Positions 35,675 through 49,500 of a DNA stretch of 64,000 nt are shown one piece after another. How positions within the stretch are numbered: the first letter of the stretch is position 1; each line of letters starts with the position of its first letter. The stretch is taken from assembly GCA_051362555.1 (NCBI GenBank), contig CM120643.1, positions 9,920,001 through 9,984,000 on the forward strand. Direction: 5' to 3'. The DNA is from Lingula anatina. Lineage: Eukaryota; Animalia; Brachiopoda. Both the position numbers and the translations under genes were made by a program. The notes under the pieces were generated by a model. The model was not told the DNA's origin, ran no database searches, and saw only the letters and a list, made by a program, of their open reading frames with translations.

Positions 35675-35741
35675 ACAAACCTGGTATCTACATCATTGGA
35701 TTGAGTGATAAGAAGATCTGTTGAAGATAGCAAATTTGAAG
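35675..35741 (+). other. Candidate non-coding (5' UTR) exon of the divergent plus-strand gene
   Basis: Long pyrimidine tract ending TTCTTGTAG, donor AAG|GTTGGT; all three frames contain stops. Confidence 0.35.
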
Positions 35742-36904
35742 GTTGGTAAAATGAGAAGGAGAATACAAAAGTCATGAATGATGTGATTGAGTTTGATTAA
35801 GGGCTTGCCTCATTCCAGTTGAAACTATCCCTCTCTGCAGATGGATCCAATTCCGCGGGGACTCACTGAATACAATCAGTTTAACAGATTAACACGCCTC
35901 CTAGCGTTACGTCGCGTACAGAAAAAAGCTGGTAGTATGTTATAAGTATGAAGCTGGCAGTATACTGGCAACAAGATGAGTTGGAGCTATCTTCACAGAT
36001 TAATAGTTTCATTGGTAAAGAGCCCTAAGAAACAAAAGAATTATTTTATTGAACATAATGCTAAAAACATTAAAGGCTATCTCCCAACTTGCACTGGAAT
36101 AGAAACAATGCAAACACATCATTTTGTTGCTTTCAAATATATGGACTTGCATAGAAACACAGACAAGCAATCGAGGTATATGGGTCTGTGTTGCTGTCTG
36201 TGTGTGTGCTATGAATAGAACCCATATAAATAAAACTGAAATAAATAAATAAAACATTGAGCACACATCAGCTTATTCACCCCATCTGTAAATGGATCCG
36301 TGAACTAGCAAGAGTACCCATCACTGTCTAGACCAGAAAAGTTGGCCAAACCAGGTCATAAGTCAGGAATGGTCTCATTGAGGGCGCTCAGAACTAGTTG
36401 ATCTGTAGACTGAGAACGCATTCAGAGCAGCGGACTAACAGATTCACGGATCATATATGGCCGATCCACTTGAATGCTTATTGCGTAATCCCCGCTAGTA
36501 GTCTGTTCAGTGTCTACTCGGGAATTCAGAGGCAAACTATTTAGTGGGTTGCCATATTTGAACCTGCGGATCTATAAGTCTGCTGTTTTAAATGGACTCT
36601 AACAGATCCACATATCAAATATGGCCGACCTTCATTAAAGCAGAGCCGACTAAACTGCTGATGGGTCTCTCCACCTGCACTCGTGCCTTCCATGCAGGGG
36701 TCTAGCAATTAAACCACAGAGCTAGGATTTAATCCGTTCAGTGGCATGTGCCGAGTCAGGGAAGCCATCAGCAGATGAGTTGGCTCTGCTTTAATGAAGG
36801 TCAGCCATTTTTGATCTGGGGATCTGTCAGACTGCGGATCAACTTGTTCCTCAAATATTCTGACATGAGATTAAACCTATAACTGGTATGATAGGTGGAT
36901 ACAT

Positions 36905-37935
36905 GTAATGAACAGAGATATGTTGGCAATAGCTTGTATAACTCTATAGAAATTGGTTTACTGAATAATAGGGAGCCTTTTGGCTAAGATCAAAGTGTAG
37001 TAGTAATATGGTGGCAATAGATTGTATTACTCTATAGAAATTGGTTAACTGAATTTTTATAATGGACAGATATATGGTGGCAATGGCTTGTATTACTATT
37101 TATAAATTTGTTAACTGAACGATGAACAGATATATGGTGGCAATAGCTTGTATTGCTCCATAGAAATTTGTTAACGGAATAATGGACAGATATATGGTGG
37201 CAATAGCTTGTATTACTCCATAGAAATTTGTTAACTGAATAATGGACAGATATATGGTGGCAATAGCTTGTATTACTCCATAGAAATTTGTTAACTGAAT
37301 AATGGACAGATATATGGTGGCAATAGCTTGTATTGCTCCATAGAAATTTGTTAACTGAACAATGGACAGATATATGGTGGCAATAGCTTGTATTACTTCA
37401 TAGAAATTTGTTAAGTGAACAGTGGACAGATATATGGTGGCAATAGCTTGTACTTCATAGAAATTTGTTAAGTGAACAATGGACAGATATATGGTGGCAA
37501 TAGCTTGTACTTCATAGAAATTTGTTAAGTGAACAATGGACAGATATATGGTGGCAATAGCTTGTATTACTATTTATAAATTTGTTAACTGAACAATGGA
37601 CAGATATATGGTGGCAATAGCTTGTATTACTATTTATAAATTTGTTAACTGAACAATGGACGGATATATGGTGGTAATAGCTTGTATTACTCCATAGAAA
37701 TTGGTTAACTGAACAATGGACAGATATATGGTGGCAATAGCTTGTATTACTCCATAGAAATTTGTTAACGGAATAATGGACAGATATATGGTGGTAATAG
37801 CTTGTATTACTCCATAAAAATTTGTTAACGGAATAATGGACAGGTATATGGTGGCAATAGCTTGTATTGCTCCATAGAAATTTGTTAACGGAATAATGGA
37901 CAGATATATGGTGGCAATAGCTTGTATTACTCCAA
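36905..37935. repeat. 60-bp tandem repeat, ~17 copies
   Basis: Unit TATATGGTGGCAATAGCTTGTATTACTCCATAGAAATTTGTTAACTGAATAATGGACAGA; two 57-bp variants near 37440-37555. Confidence 0.97.
36975..37002 (+). pseudogene. U2: U2 snRNA 5' fragment (about nt 12-38)
   Basis: GCCTTTTGGCTAAGATCAAAGTGTAGTA matches the conserved U2 5' region ending in the branch-point recognition sequence GUAGUA. Confidence 0.8.
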
Positions 37936-38114
37936 TGAAATCACCTGTCAGACGGTAACCTGGTAATAAGACATAACAGCAGGTGTTAGATGAGGACAAA
38001 CAAGTCGTTAATCTACCTTTACCTTTAGCGAGAATAGTGGAGTCGTGTTTTATCACTTTTGAGTGGGTGAATCAAAGAAGAATAAATGAAGTGGGCATGG
38101 TATTGATGGTTTTC

Positions 38115-38150
<36 letters not shown>

Positions 38151-39309
38151 ATGTGTGTGTGTGTAGAATAACCTTGTACGTTTTTTTTTAATGCTCAATT
38201 TTTTTTAGCTTATTTTTTATTCTAAACAGTAGATCCTATTTGCATTTTTCCAGATCATTTCTTCAGTTTCATTCAGAATCAATGATGGACATAACACCCC
38301 CCCCCCAAAAAAAAAAAGTTTTTGATCATTAAATGCTAATTGAAAATACAACATAAATTTGATCAATCAAAGAACAAACTATTATCAAATGACTTTTAAC
38401 AAATGGCATATTTAGTAAAGGTTGAGAATTCTTGCATAAAGATGAGTTTGGAGTCCATACTGCAATAGTCATGGCAACTTCAAGCTGATGATGATCAAGT
38501 CTGCTGGCAAAATTAACATAGAATCAGAAACAATGATGTAGCCTAGTTTCAAGGACATTGCACTTGAATTTTTACATTAAGGAAATACAGAATTCCAACC
38601 AATCAGAAAAACTTATTGATTTCTGCGTAGTAGGAAGATAAATAACATAAAAAGTCGTAATTGTACCATAGAGTTGGTGCAGTTAGTATCTAAACTTCTA
38701 CGCATACAATGTGAGGATACACTGTTGGATTTTATGTTTGAAGCAATTACCATAGATGGTATTAAGGAAAAGGTAGGTGTCATGACATCCAATTCAAGAT
38801 AGATTGTGAAGCATTTGTTACCATGGTGACTGGAGAGGCCTCTTGACCAGCACAATTTCGTTAATAGAGGATTTAAAGAATTTAAGTTGGTTTGAAGACA
38901 AAGTGTGAGCCATCTGACTCATTTACAGTACGTAGAGGTATGTATGAATAGAATTTTTGGATAGCACAGATTTAAGAATATTTGCATATCGCCCATAGGA
39001 AAAAAAAGGACAGGTACCATAGTTGTCCTTGATAACCTTGCTTAATGTAATTTGTAAATTTTTAATTTTAATAAGGAAATGTGCAAAATAAATAAATGAA
39101 AATAATATTAAATTGAAATAGATAGTTAACTCAAACATTGCCCGTAGAAAGGTAAAATTTCAATGATGGAATTGTGAAGTTGTGAAGGATCATAGGATTA
39201 TAGTTTAAGTTCTTTGACTCAAAGCATAAGAATTTCGTTAGAAACTGATCAGAAATATAGGTATTATTATGCTTTCATAGGCTGTGTTTGGTTTAAAGCC
39301 AAAGTACTA

Positions 39310-39830
39310 GACCCCATTTCCAGAGATTAGATCGATCTACTTTAGATCGACCTAACTCCCTGGGGGTTCACGCTAAATAGCTGTCATCCGAGCAGACACA
39401 AAAGTTAATTACCCCCTTACAGCTTGTAGTAGGTGGGACGGACATTTAAGCCGGATTATCTGACAGTAATCTAGTGAGACTCCCCGCGGGGATAGATCGA
39501 TCTAAAAGCTCTGGGAATACAGCCCTAGTCAAGCCTTTTTGAGGGCATTCAGAACGAGTTGATCCGGGGACAAACAGATCCGCAGACTAAGTATGGCTGA
39601 CTCACTTCAAAGCAGTGCCAACTAATTCCTGATGGCCTCCCCACCTCCGCACATGTTATCGCTGTAGGGGCCTAGCTGTTAAACCTTGGAGCCGAGGTTT
39701 AATCCGTTTAATGGCACGAGTAGAGGTGGGGAGACCATCAGGGGATTAAGCGGCACTGCTTTAAAGTTAGGTCGGCCATATTTAGTCGGTGGATCAGTTA
39801 GTCTGCAGACCATCTGTTCTGAATGCGTTC
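39310..39830. mobile_element. Adjacent family A (39310-39525) and family B (39541-39830) MITEs
   Basis: Both show their family TIRs and internal palindromes. Confidence 0.8.
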
Positions 39831-40441
39831 TTACAGGCTTTTAGTAGAGACAGGCATTAACAAGTACTTTGGATAAAAGTGGATAATAATGTTTACATAT
39901 TCCTCATGTATAGCAAAAAAAAAAAAGAAAAGAAAGAACAGATAATTTAGCTTGCTGTTATTTGTAAAATTGCTTTTTTTTATAGAAATGTGCAAGATAA
40001 ATGAATTAATTAATTAAGCTGAAAAAAATGTAAAAAAAAAGTAGCAGATATCTGCATATATTGAAGCTGGTAACTGTATAGCAAAGGATAACTTCATAAA
40101 CACTGAATATCTCAAATGAAATTATCGTACACTCCTTGTTTTGTCTGCTTAAGTGTCACTAGTTAGCCATAACTGTCAAATCGTATTAAGCTGAAGCCTC
40201 TAATAATTGAACGAGGATGGTCCCACAATAGTTCAGTACTAATTTGGATTTAATCTGCCTTTTACTGCCCCTTCCCATATAATAAGGAAGGATTTTGTGC
40301 ATTTAATCAGTGGTCTTTGGATTTGAGGGAGAAAATTGCTTATTGATGATGATTTTTTTTTTATTCATTAACTGAAAAAAATAGATTTCTCCAAATTGAA
40401 ACTAGAAACCAAACACTTTTGGGCTCTACTTTCAATATTTA

Positions 40442-40781
40442 AGGGATAATAACTCTTCATATGAGGTCTATATTTCCCCCCCAAAAAAACTTTGTGAATA
40501 ACTCACAGAAATATAATATATTCTGTTTTACAACAAAAACAGCAGTTATAGCTATTATTCTGATATCTGAACTTGTCTTCAGACCACGTGACCTCCATTG
40601 ATGGCTATACTCTGTTATAATCTCTTAAGAGATTTTAACAAAAAACCAAACTTTTTAGAAAAAAAACAGGGACTAACTTTGAATGTAAAAATGGATTCAT
40701 TAACCATTGGTAAGTATGAGAAAATTGTTGTTTACTCCAGGAAAATTCATTTTTTGGCCAAAATGAAGAGTTATTATCCCT
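40442..40781. mobile_element. Kolobok-like non-autonomous element (TTAA target)
   Basis: TIR AGGGATAATAACTCTTCAT; TTAA at the ends; second copy at 51614-51969. Confidence 0.85.
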
Positions 40782-43700
40782 TTAATATATTGGATTCAAA
40801 CAAATAATTTGCATGTGTTGAAAGTGTTTCAGGAAATTAAATAACCAGCAGTTATTAAAATAATTTTTAGTTTTAAATTGTGTGGTTTCCTAAAACAAGT
40901 TCATAAATCAATTGCTTTTCTAATGCCTCTTGAATATTGACTTCTCTTTAAACAGTAAGAAAGTGAATTCCATGAAAAACGTTCCACAAAAATGCGCCTT
41001 GGATAACCAGTGTGAATTGTGTATGCTTTTATGTGTCACAATATGATAGATGAACTTTGGTATCTGTTACAGCATTTTGCAGGGACAGCTTATCTTTCTG
41101 CAAGTCGCAAGGGTTTTTTTTTCTTCTTCTTCCTTCTTTGACATATCAGATATTTGTTTGACATTTGGGAAGCCTGTTTGAAGTCACCTGGCAAAGCTAC
41201 CGGATCAGGTTGATTGTTTTCTGGGGACGTGTTTTCCTCGGGGGAAAGATAATTTAGAAAAATAGGATAATTTAGGTAGAAGATTCACTGTCAGTTTTAT
41301 CTGCATTAAAACGCTACTATTTCTGCCTCTGACAGGTTTATAATTTCACATAGAAATAAGAGAGTAAAATATTGCAGTTGGCCATGATCCATTGACATAA
41401 CCAAGAGAGTCTTGATTAAGGACAAACCAAAAACAGTTATACTGATTATTTTAATTTGGTCATATAATGTGAATGGACTTAATTTGTCTTTAGAAAAAAT
41501 GTGGTCATTTTGCTGATGACATTATATTTAATCAGCAGTTTGGGAGTGAAAGTGTTGTTTTCGGTTTCTTGATTTTCTCAATTATTTGGGCTCACAACAG
41601 AAAAAAAATAACAGCTAGTTGGGGGCCTAACATACATGAGTACAACAAAGGGGGTATGACTACAGTAATTTTCTGACAATCCCTTCATTTAGATTTTATT
41701 ACTAATAACTTAGAATTACACCAATTTTCATTGGACATCTTCTAAACAAGACCAGGGAACTTTGGTGTAAAGAATCTAATAAAAAAATCTGTTGCATCTG
41801 ATTGTTCCACACACTTTTGTCAAAAACTGTACCAGTTTGAGGGATTTTATCTGTAGCATTTTTTGGAGTTAACTCTCGAACCGATGGCTGTCTACACCCA
41901 ATCAGTATAATACGCTTCCAGGCACTTCAATTACTGAATATGACACCTGTCAATAATGCCACCCGTACCTGTTATCAATATTTTGATCACCATAGTCCAT
42001 TAGCATATGCCAGTAATAAGTTACCCAATTACATCGCCTAAATAGGGAAAAATCTTGGATTTTGTGTATCATTCTGCACTCTAGTGCAAACTTCCCTACT
42101 TTTCAGGGTTTATCTTCTTAAACTGGATCCTCGACAGCCAAGTGTTTTAAATGCAATATTTTCAAAGACGTAGCAGTTTTAACACTCAGGAAATAAACAG
42201 TAAAGAAAAGATCCACTGCCAACTTAAACTTCGCCCGGTTGATTTCCAATTTTATACTAGATTTTGATTTCTGTCTTCATCAAGTTTTATTATCCAAACA
42301 GATTACAGTGCTCTTTGTAACAGTGACAAATGCTTATGTTTTAGTATTGTATATATCTCTCTGCCATCATAATTAAAGTGGTCTTGTAGGTTAAGAACAC
42401 ACATTAAACCTCATTGATTTCTTCTTTCATGGCCAATTGAACTGTTACAGGTAATCTATATAAGGTTTGTTACAGTGGACAAAAACCTGACAGACTCGTG
42501 TGAAAAGAAGGCATTAAAGCACTTTAAGTGGCTTTGTTTGAACTGAAGGGCCTTGTGTGTCTGTTAGAGCACATTCAGAACAGTGGACTAACGGATCCGC
42601 AGTTCAAATATAGCGTCCTACTAAAAAGCTTGCCGCTTAATTCAGGATTAGACACTGAATAGATTTCCTGAAGGGATAAGGCAACAAGCTTTCAAGTGGG
42701 TTGGACATATTTCAGGCCTACCCAACTACCAGACTCGGCACATAAAGATCCTGAATTAACCTGTATATCGGACCACACTACTTGTTTTCAAGGTGTGTGT
42801 CAGATAGCATTTCGGAGTATCAGTCAGAACACCGACAGGATGAGCCTGCGGTCATCCTACAAAATTTGTTCTGGGGTATGATACTCCGAAATGCGATCTG
42901 TATTTAATACACGGTTCTGTTAGTTCCCTGTTCTGAATGGTCTTTGAGTTATTAGAACACACAATACAGATTTGAAACAATGGTGGCAGCTTTATGGGAT
43001 GCTGTTCATAAGTTACATTTTGAGATAGAGGTCTGTATACAAAAAAAATAATAATAAAATAAAATAAATAAATAAATAAAAAAAAGCTATCTGTGGCAGA
43101 CACCAAGTTGTCTGTGAAATTGATTGCCTCATTACACCTGTCAGATGGTATGCTGGTCAGTTTCCCATTTCAACTGTTGGTCAGTCTCCAAAAAAGTTGT
43201 CACTGTCAGTCAGTCTGTCTAGACAAAGTCTAGTATAAAATTGGAAATCTACCAGGCAATGTTAAAAAGAACTTTGCAAGTGGATCTTTTCTTTATTGTT
43301 TATCTCCTGAGTGTTCAAACTGCTACAATGATCTCGCCTTTCTCATGTCAGGCATGTAAATAAGACTGAAAAATAAAAATATCCACTGAGGTTCATATTG
43401 CATCCACTGCCCAATGGTGTGTTATTTTACCTTCTGTCATATATTGATTGCTTTCACAGAATTCTGTCTGATTGTTAAAGTGGTTTTCTTGGAAGTGGTT
43501 TCTGTTGGGATTTGGCCTTGTCTTTGATTTAATAATGGTCCTCTATTTAGCTGAGAGATTCATTATTTTAACTGCTACAAATGGGGGTTATAATGACCTT
43601 TCATAACTGCCCTTCAACTGGTTTATTCCTTGGTTTGATTAGCGTTTATTGGTAGAAGATTGAGAGTTTCTTCATGTTAACTGTTGTAAATTCGGATGCA

Positions 43701-44196
43701 TTATCTGAATCCAGAGCTGTCTAAGCAATAAGTTATATTTATCATTTTATCCTAAACTTTTATTTATTTATGTAAAATAGAGACTGGCAGTAGGCAAACC
43801 AAGGGAAGCATTTGAGCAACCTTCTCCCATGATTGTTATATTTATTAAAATTTTGTATTTCATTCTGAACTGTACACAGGTATACTCTCACTTTGCATAA
43901 GTTAATTACAAACATGATATTTTCAAAAATATTTTTGTTCTTACAACGTTTATACTATCTTCATTATTACACACGGGAATTGCCATTTTTATTTTTTATC
44001 TTAAATATTTATTTATTTATTTATTTATTTTTTTGGCTCAGTTGTCATTATTTTTCCTGTGTCCTCAGCGCCTGTACTGGTACCAGTTTTTTTTTTCTTT
44101 TGTGCAAAAATCGTGGACTGTATCATCTGCCTGTATTAACCACAAAAGTGAACAAATAGAAATGTATTCGGAACAGGGTAACAGCTGTATGTTAAT

Positions 44197-44491
44197 GATG
44201 TGGTCATAGTGGAGGAAGAGATCTCACTGAGAATTGTTATATTATTGACTTTGGTTTGTTGTGGAGTCTATTGAGTCCTTGGGATGATAGTCAGATAGAT
44301 GTGGTCGAAACGAGGAAGAAATCTCACTGATAATTGTTATATTATTGACTACAGTCTGTTAGGGAGTCAGTTGAGTCCTTCGAATGATAGTCAGATAGAT
44401 GTGGTAAGAATGGAGGAAGCGATCTCACTGAGAATTGTTATATTATTGACTTTGGTCTGTTACAGAGTTGATTCAGTCCTTGGGACGATGG
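44197..44491. repeat. ~100-bp tandem repeat, 3 copies
   Basis: GATGTGGT...ATCTCACTGA.AATTGTTATATTATTGACT at 44197, 44298 and 44398. Confidence 0.9.
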
Positions 44492-45678
44492 TATTCTTGC
44501 TGGGGTAGCGCTAACACTCGCCAATTTAGCCAAATTCAAAAACTGACTTAAGTTGGCTAAACAAAAATGGTTGATTTGCCTTGTTTTAGTCAAATTTAAA
44601 CCATTTGGAGAAAAAAAGTGATGAAAAAGTAGTGATATGGCTAAGAGAAAAAAATTGCCAGTCTGGCTTGGATAACAAGGCCACTGTCGCACTTTTACCT
44701 GTATGAGGTCCTTATAATTATGAGTTCCTTACAAATTTTTTCAATACGCTGCTGTAAAGTCAAAATTGTGAAGGTTTTTCGATTGCCTTGACATTTACGT
44801 CATTTTGACTTATTTATGTCCTAGGTGCGCCAAAGTCATAGTAAGTGCGTAGTATTCTGTTAGCGCTCAGCTGGAAGAGAGAGCTGCCTAATAGTTGAAT
44901 TGATTCCTACTTAGAATTCCTGGATTTTTTTTTTGCAGCATACGGATTCTGTGGATCAGGGACTGGGAAAATAACCTAGATTCCCCTGCCGCTGGCATTG
45001 TTAGCGTGCCATTTAGATTAATAAGTAGCCTAAAGATAATAAGATACAGGTGAGTAAGCATGTAAAAAAAAAAAAAAAGAAAAGAAAAAAAAAGATAAAA
45101 TGCATGTTTTGTTTTTATGACATGACAGGACATTCATAAACTTATTCGACTTATTCCTGGGAATAACGTGCCTGGGAATAATGTGAAAGTTAACTTATAA
45201 AATTACAGCATCATCAAACAAGTGATAAAGATTTTACAGCAGAAACATAATTGTAACGAAGAAAATAGCAGAAGCAAAAAAATATTGATTGTGATCAGCA
45301 CACTTTGCCTACACTTTGAGATGCCCCCTCGGAGCTGTGAAGCACCTGCACATGTATAACTGAATACTTCTGTGTTCATAGTGTGGGGGAGAGAGAAATA
45401 GAGAGGTATTAACACACAGGCTAAGCTCCACACAGTGGGATTCCCTGTCTGCAGCCAGACAAGGCAGTACTAGACTGCTTGTGCAGGTTATATCTAGGTG
45501 AGCGGCTTCTGTGTTTGACTTCTGGGTGGTCTAGCCATGATGTGTTCCCTCACAACAATTTAATGGGATGTGAATTAGAGAAATTTGCCAAACGTAAAAA
45601 AAACGGCCGTAAAAAAATGACCTGTATGATGTTGAAGTGTGATAAAGGTAAGAGATACGTTTTAAGGTGTAGGGAGGC

Positions 45679-45846
45679 CAGGCCTGTAGCCAACAATTTC
45701 AAAAGGGGGGTTCTTTTTCTGAAAAAGTGGACCTTTTACCATGAAATGTCCATGTACCTAGATCAAATTTCACCCGGAGGGGGCATTTTCCCAGCAAAAA
45801 AAGGTGGTTCTTTTGAACCCTCCAAACCTCCCTGGCTACAGGCCTG
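45679..45846. mobile_element. MITE family C, 5-bp TSD
   Basis: TIR CAGGCCTGTAGCC; TSD GAGGC on both sides. Confidence 0.88.
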
Positions 45847-46323
45847 GAGGCGTTACCTCAGATTTCAGTTTTATCAGCATGAAGGTCATGTTTGTGGTAT
45901 TGAAGCCTGCTGGGACTCCCTGGGTCCAGGTGCTACGGAGGTAAGCTTACAGAAGACCCAGGTGTCAGCTGAGCAGTTTTTGCAGGGTTATCCCAGGTTA
46001 AGTGATAAGTGGTTCATGAGGCAAATGCTCTCAGTATAAAATGTAAATGTTCTAACGGATATGGTTTCTTTGGTCTTTAGAAGATGTTAATGATGTTATT
46101 TCTTTGCCAAATTGTTTTTTCCTTGGTGGAAATGTTCCTGTTTGTAGAAAAAAATGAATTCTAGTCTGACCTTTGTTCATGAGCATAGTATTTTTTTTTC
46201 TTCAATGTTTCTGGCATTCTGTTAATTTGTATAAACCAGTGAATCAATAAACGACAGCTAAATTGGCCAGATATGGATGCTCGAAGGACAGCCAGAGGTC
46301 ATTGACCTTAGTTCAGTGTTTTA

Positions 46324-46579
46324 GACCCTGTTCCCATACCTAGGTCAACCTAGCAGGATCGACCCATCTCCGAGGGTGTTTCTCCCTAAATTGCATTCAC
46401 TTTAAGCAGCTCTGATGTCTGGCATGCCAACTTAAGCTGTTAGGGGGTAATGAACTTTGTTAAGCAGCTTCAGTAGGTGTACCTGTCATCTAAGCCATTC
46501 AAGTCGATTGCAATTTAGCGAGAAACCTCTTAGAGATGGACTGATCCTTCTAGATCGATCTAGGTATGGCAACGGGGTC
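46324..46579. mobile_element. MITE family A, PIF/Harbinger-type
   Basis: TIR GACCCTGTTCCCATACCTAG / CTAGGTATGGCAACGGGGTC; TTA TSD. Confidence 0.85.
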
Positions 46580-49500
46580 TTAGTTAAGAGCAATGAATCT
46601 AAGTTCTAGTCCCTCCAATGTTCTGATCAACCATTGTGGGCATTAGGATGAATACGTGTTTCTGGACATTACTTTGAGCGTATCCAGATCAGCGGACCAA
46701 CAGATCCGCAGATTAAATATGGCGACCCTCTAAAAAAACTTGTCGCTTAATTCCTGATTAGACTGAATAGATGCCCTGGTTCAAGTGGGTTGGCCATATT
46801 TGATCAGCGAATCTGTTAGTACGTTATTTTGAATGCGATCTCAAGTACAAGCAGACGTCCATTTTTACAGCTGCAAGCTGACGTGCTAGCTGTGCAAGGC
46901 TGAGGCTAACATAGAATTTTTTGCCAAATGCTAAATAAATCTATCCTGGCTTTAAAAGATTTTTTTTTTTGATAGGTATTTGATTGATACATATTTCTTT
47001 ATTTTTGCAATGAAGAGTGTGGGGAATAAATTGGGCGGAAAAAGTAATTTGTGCCAAATAATCAAGTTGCATGTTATAGTGACCCAAATGTTTGACCTAT
47101 ATCTTTGCACAGATTGAAGGCAGACCAAACTGTGAAGAGGTTTGTGAACAGAATAGGTGAGCAGATATAGAAGAGATCTACTATAGGTAAATCATGAAAT
47201 GAATAAGTAATAGACATTTGGGTCACTTTATAATGTCATTTAACAGGACTGGATCTTTTTTTGGGGGGGTGGGGGGGAGGGGTTAAAGAATGGTTCTTTT
47301 GAACATCTTAAGGTACGGATGTACCCAAATATAGCTAAAAATCGTCATTTTTGGTTTTTTATGTCTAATTATTGGTTAAATGTGTATCTAACGTTTAACA
47401 GAATAAAATTTTTACATTTTGAACAAAAAATATGTTTTTTCTGAGGATTCTGATGCTGCACACATCGGCACCGGTGGCCTGGTCTATGCCCCGCCTTCGT
47501 TGTCAAGGGCCGTTGGCATGGGTTAACTCGGTGGGCGGACCTTAGCAGCATCAGCACGTCTAGGGAAACAGGGACAGGGATGCGCCATGCCCCCTTTGTC
47601 ATAAACAGCGATCGGCAAAGCAGTGCCTATTGTTCCGCTTAAGCTGTTTTGATAGTCACTCTTGATTGTGATCAGCGCTAAGATGAATCTTTTCCGACAC
47701 ATTAATTGGATTTGCTCGAAATACGCGTTCTCCCTTGAATATTGCTTATTGTTACACGCGCTCTTTCGATTTTCTTGTTAACTTTTTGAGATACGCAAAA
47801 AAAAAAGAAGAAAAGTCCGTTGCTTGCTACCCGTGACAACAATCGTCATACTTTCTATCCATTTTCGACAACAGCTCGATGCAGTTGTTAGATTTTAAAA
47901 ATCTTAACATGGGCGTAACTAGGCATACGCACGGATGCACTGCGCGTACAATTTTTGGCCAACCATGATATTATTTCATATAAATTTAGTGTATTTTTCA
48001 CGGAATATAAAGAAATCCTCTGCTTATTAAAGTCACCTGTATTCGAACCATTTTTCGCTTGGCGAATGTGAACAAGACCGCCTGCGACGCTGCTATTGTG
48101 TGCACATCCTAGAGCGCATCCCTAACACTTTCCCCGACGGCAATTGACGTGGCCACTGATTGCTTGAGTCATTAGGGCTTACTTGATTGCCTGTCAATCA
48201 TTCTGGCAGTGCTAGCGGTAACCCCTTGAAGTTACTAACAGGAGGTGAGATTGATACAAAAATAAGATTTTTTGACATCCAAATGCATGCAAACAAGCTA
48301 ATTTCAACCGGCAATAGAGTACCCATCTTCGCGATCGTCAGAACGATAACAGGTAAAGCTGTCAACAATTTAATTTGCTAATTTGGACAATTAACCTCCC
48401 TGAAAGGATTTTTGCTCGTTTTCTTTGCTTTCAATATTGACGAGATAGCGTTATCTTAGCAAGCTATAACTGTCTACCTGTACACCTGAGGGAGACCAAA
48501 TTCACCATGCTAATTATGAAAAGTATGCACTAAAAGTGCTTTTTAAGAAATTTTGATTGATCCTCTCTTTTCTAATTTATAGACTTTGAAAGTGAAAATT
48601 CCCTTATATTTTGATGTAATTTCACGTTTTTATAGATAAAATCAACAATAAGTGTCTGAAGAAAAATCCCTGACTCCATGCTGTAGTACTTTGTTCAAGT
48701 GTTAAAATGCCATCAAAAGCAAGTTTATAGCTGTCCAGGTGCCTGAGAAAATCAGGTGTATAAAAATGGTGTTTTTGTCCTCAAAATCTCAATATTACGT
48801 CACACGATGAAGTTAGAGCTGTGTTCCAAGCATAATTAGATATTTTGAAGATACATTAAATGAATGTGACAGGAATAAAAAAGCCAAGACCTTTATTTTA
48901 AGAGAAAATCTCAAACCTACATTCCCACCTTAAATCCCTAAAAGTCTATGGGCCTTGGGTAAAACATTGGATTAAAAAGAAAGACTGAGGGTGATTATAT
49001 ATAAGGTATGTACAGATCAGTTACCGTGTTCAGTTGAAACTTTGAGACATTGAGATTATAAACAAGATATCAACATGAACAGTAACTAGAAAGATATACC
49101 CTCTGAACTGTGCAAAAGACCATTTCAAGTACACGCAAGAAACCTTTTCCCAGTTGCCTGTAACAAGATGCAGAAAGCATGAGAGTTTGGACTGTGATAC
49201 TGCAGAGAAAATATGGATAGACAGGCGCTCATTAGTTTGGGTCATTCTTTGAGGTCAGTAAGGTCAGAGCTGGTCTTGATTTAGGTCAATGGACCATTTA
49301 GCATGCCAAGAATCTTAATGCACATGTTGTGTTGTGATGGCCAGTATTATCGAGGTCACTAGGTTACCTGGGTCACGGCTATCTGTAGGTCACTTCACGG
49401 CTGGGGTTAATTAATGGGACTGTGTGCATAAGATTTATGTGGTCTTAAATCTTCTATTTTTCTACAAGAGCAGTCTTTGCTTTTCATCCCAAAAGGCACT

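Noticed and set aside
36905-37935. CRISPR-like appearance of regular repeats
   Set aside because: Units are contiguous near-identical copies with no unique spacers, there are no cas genes, and the context is eukaryotic.
37634-38056. 140-aa minus-strand ORF with 20-aa repeats (IQAIATIYLSII.LTNFYG)
   Set aside because: It is a translation of the 60-bp satellite. Several units carry in-frame TAA, the array is disrupted by a U2 fragment, and there is no splice or homology support.
45479-46039. 186-aa plus-strand ORF, the longest in the window
   Set aside because: Non-ATG start, runs through a family C MITE, no recognisable domain.
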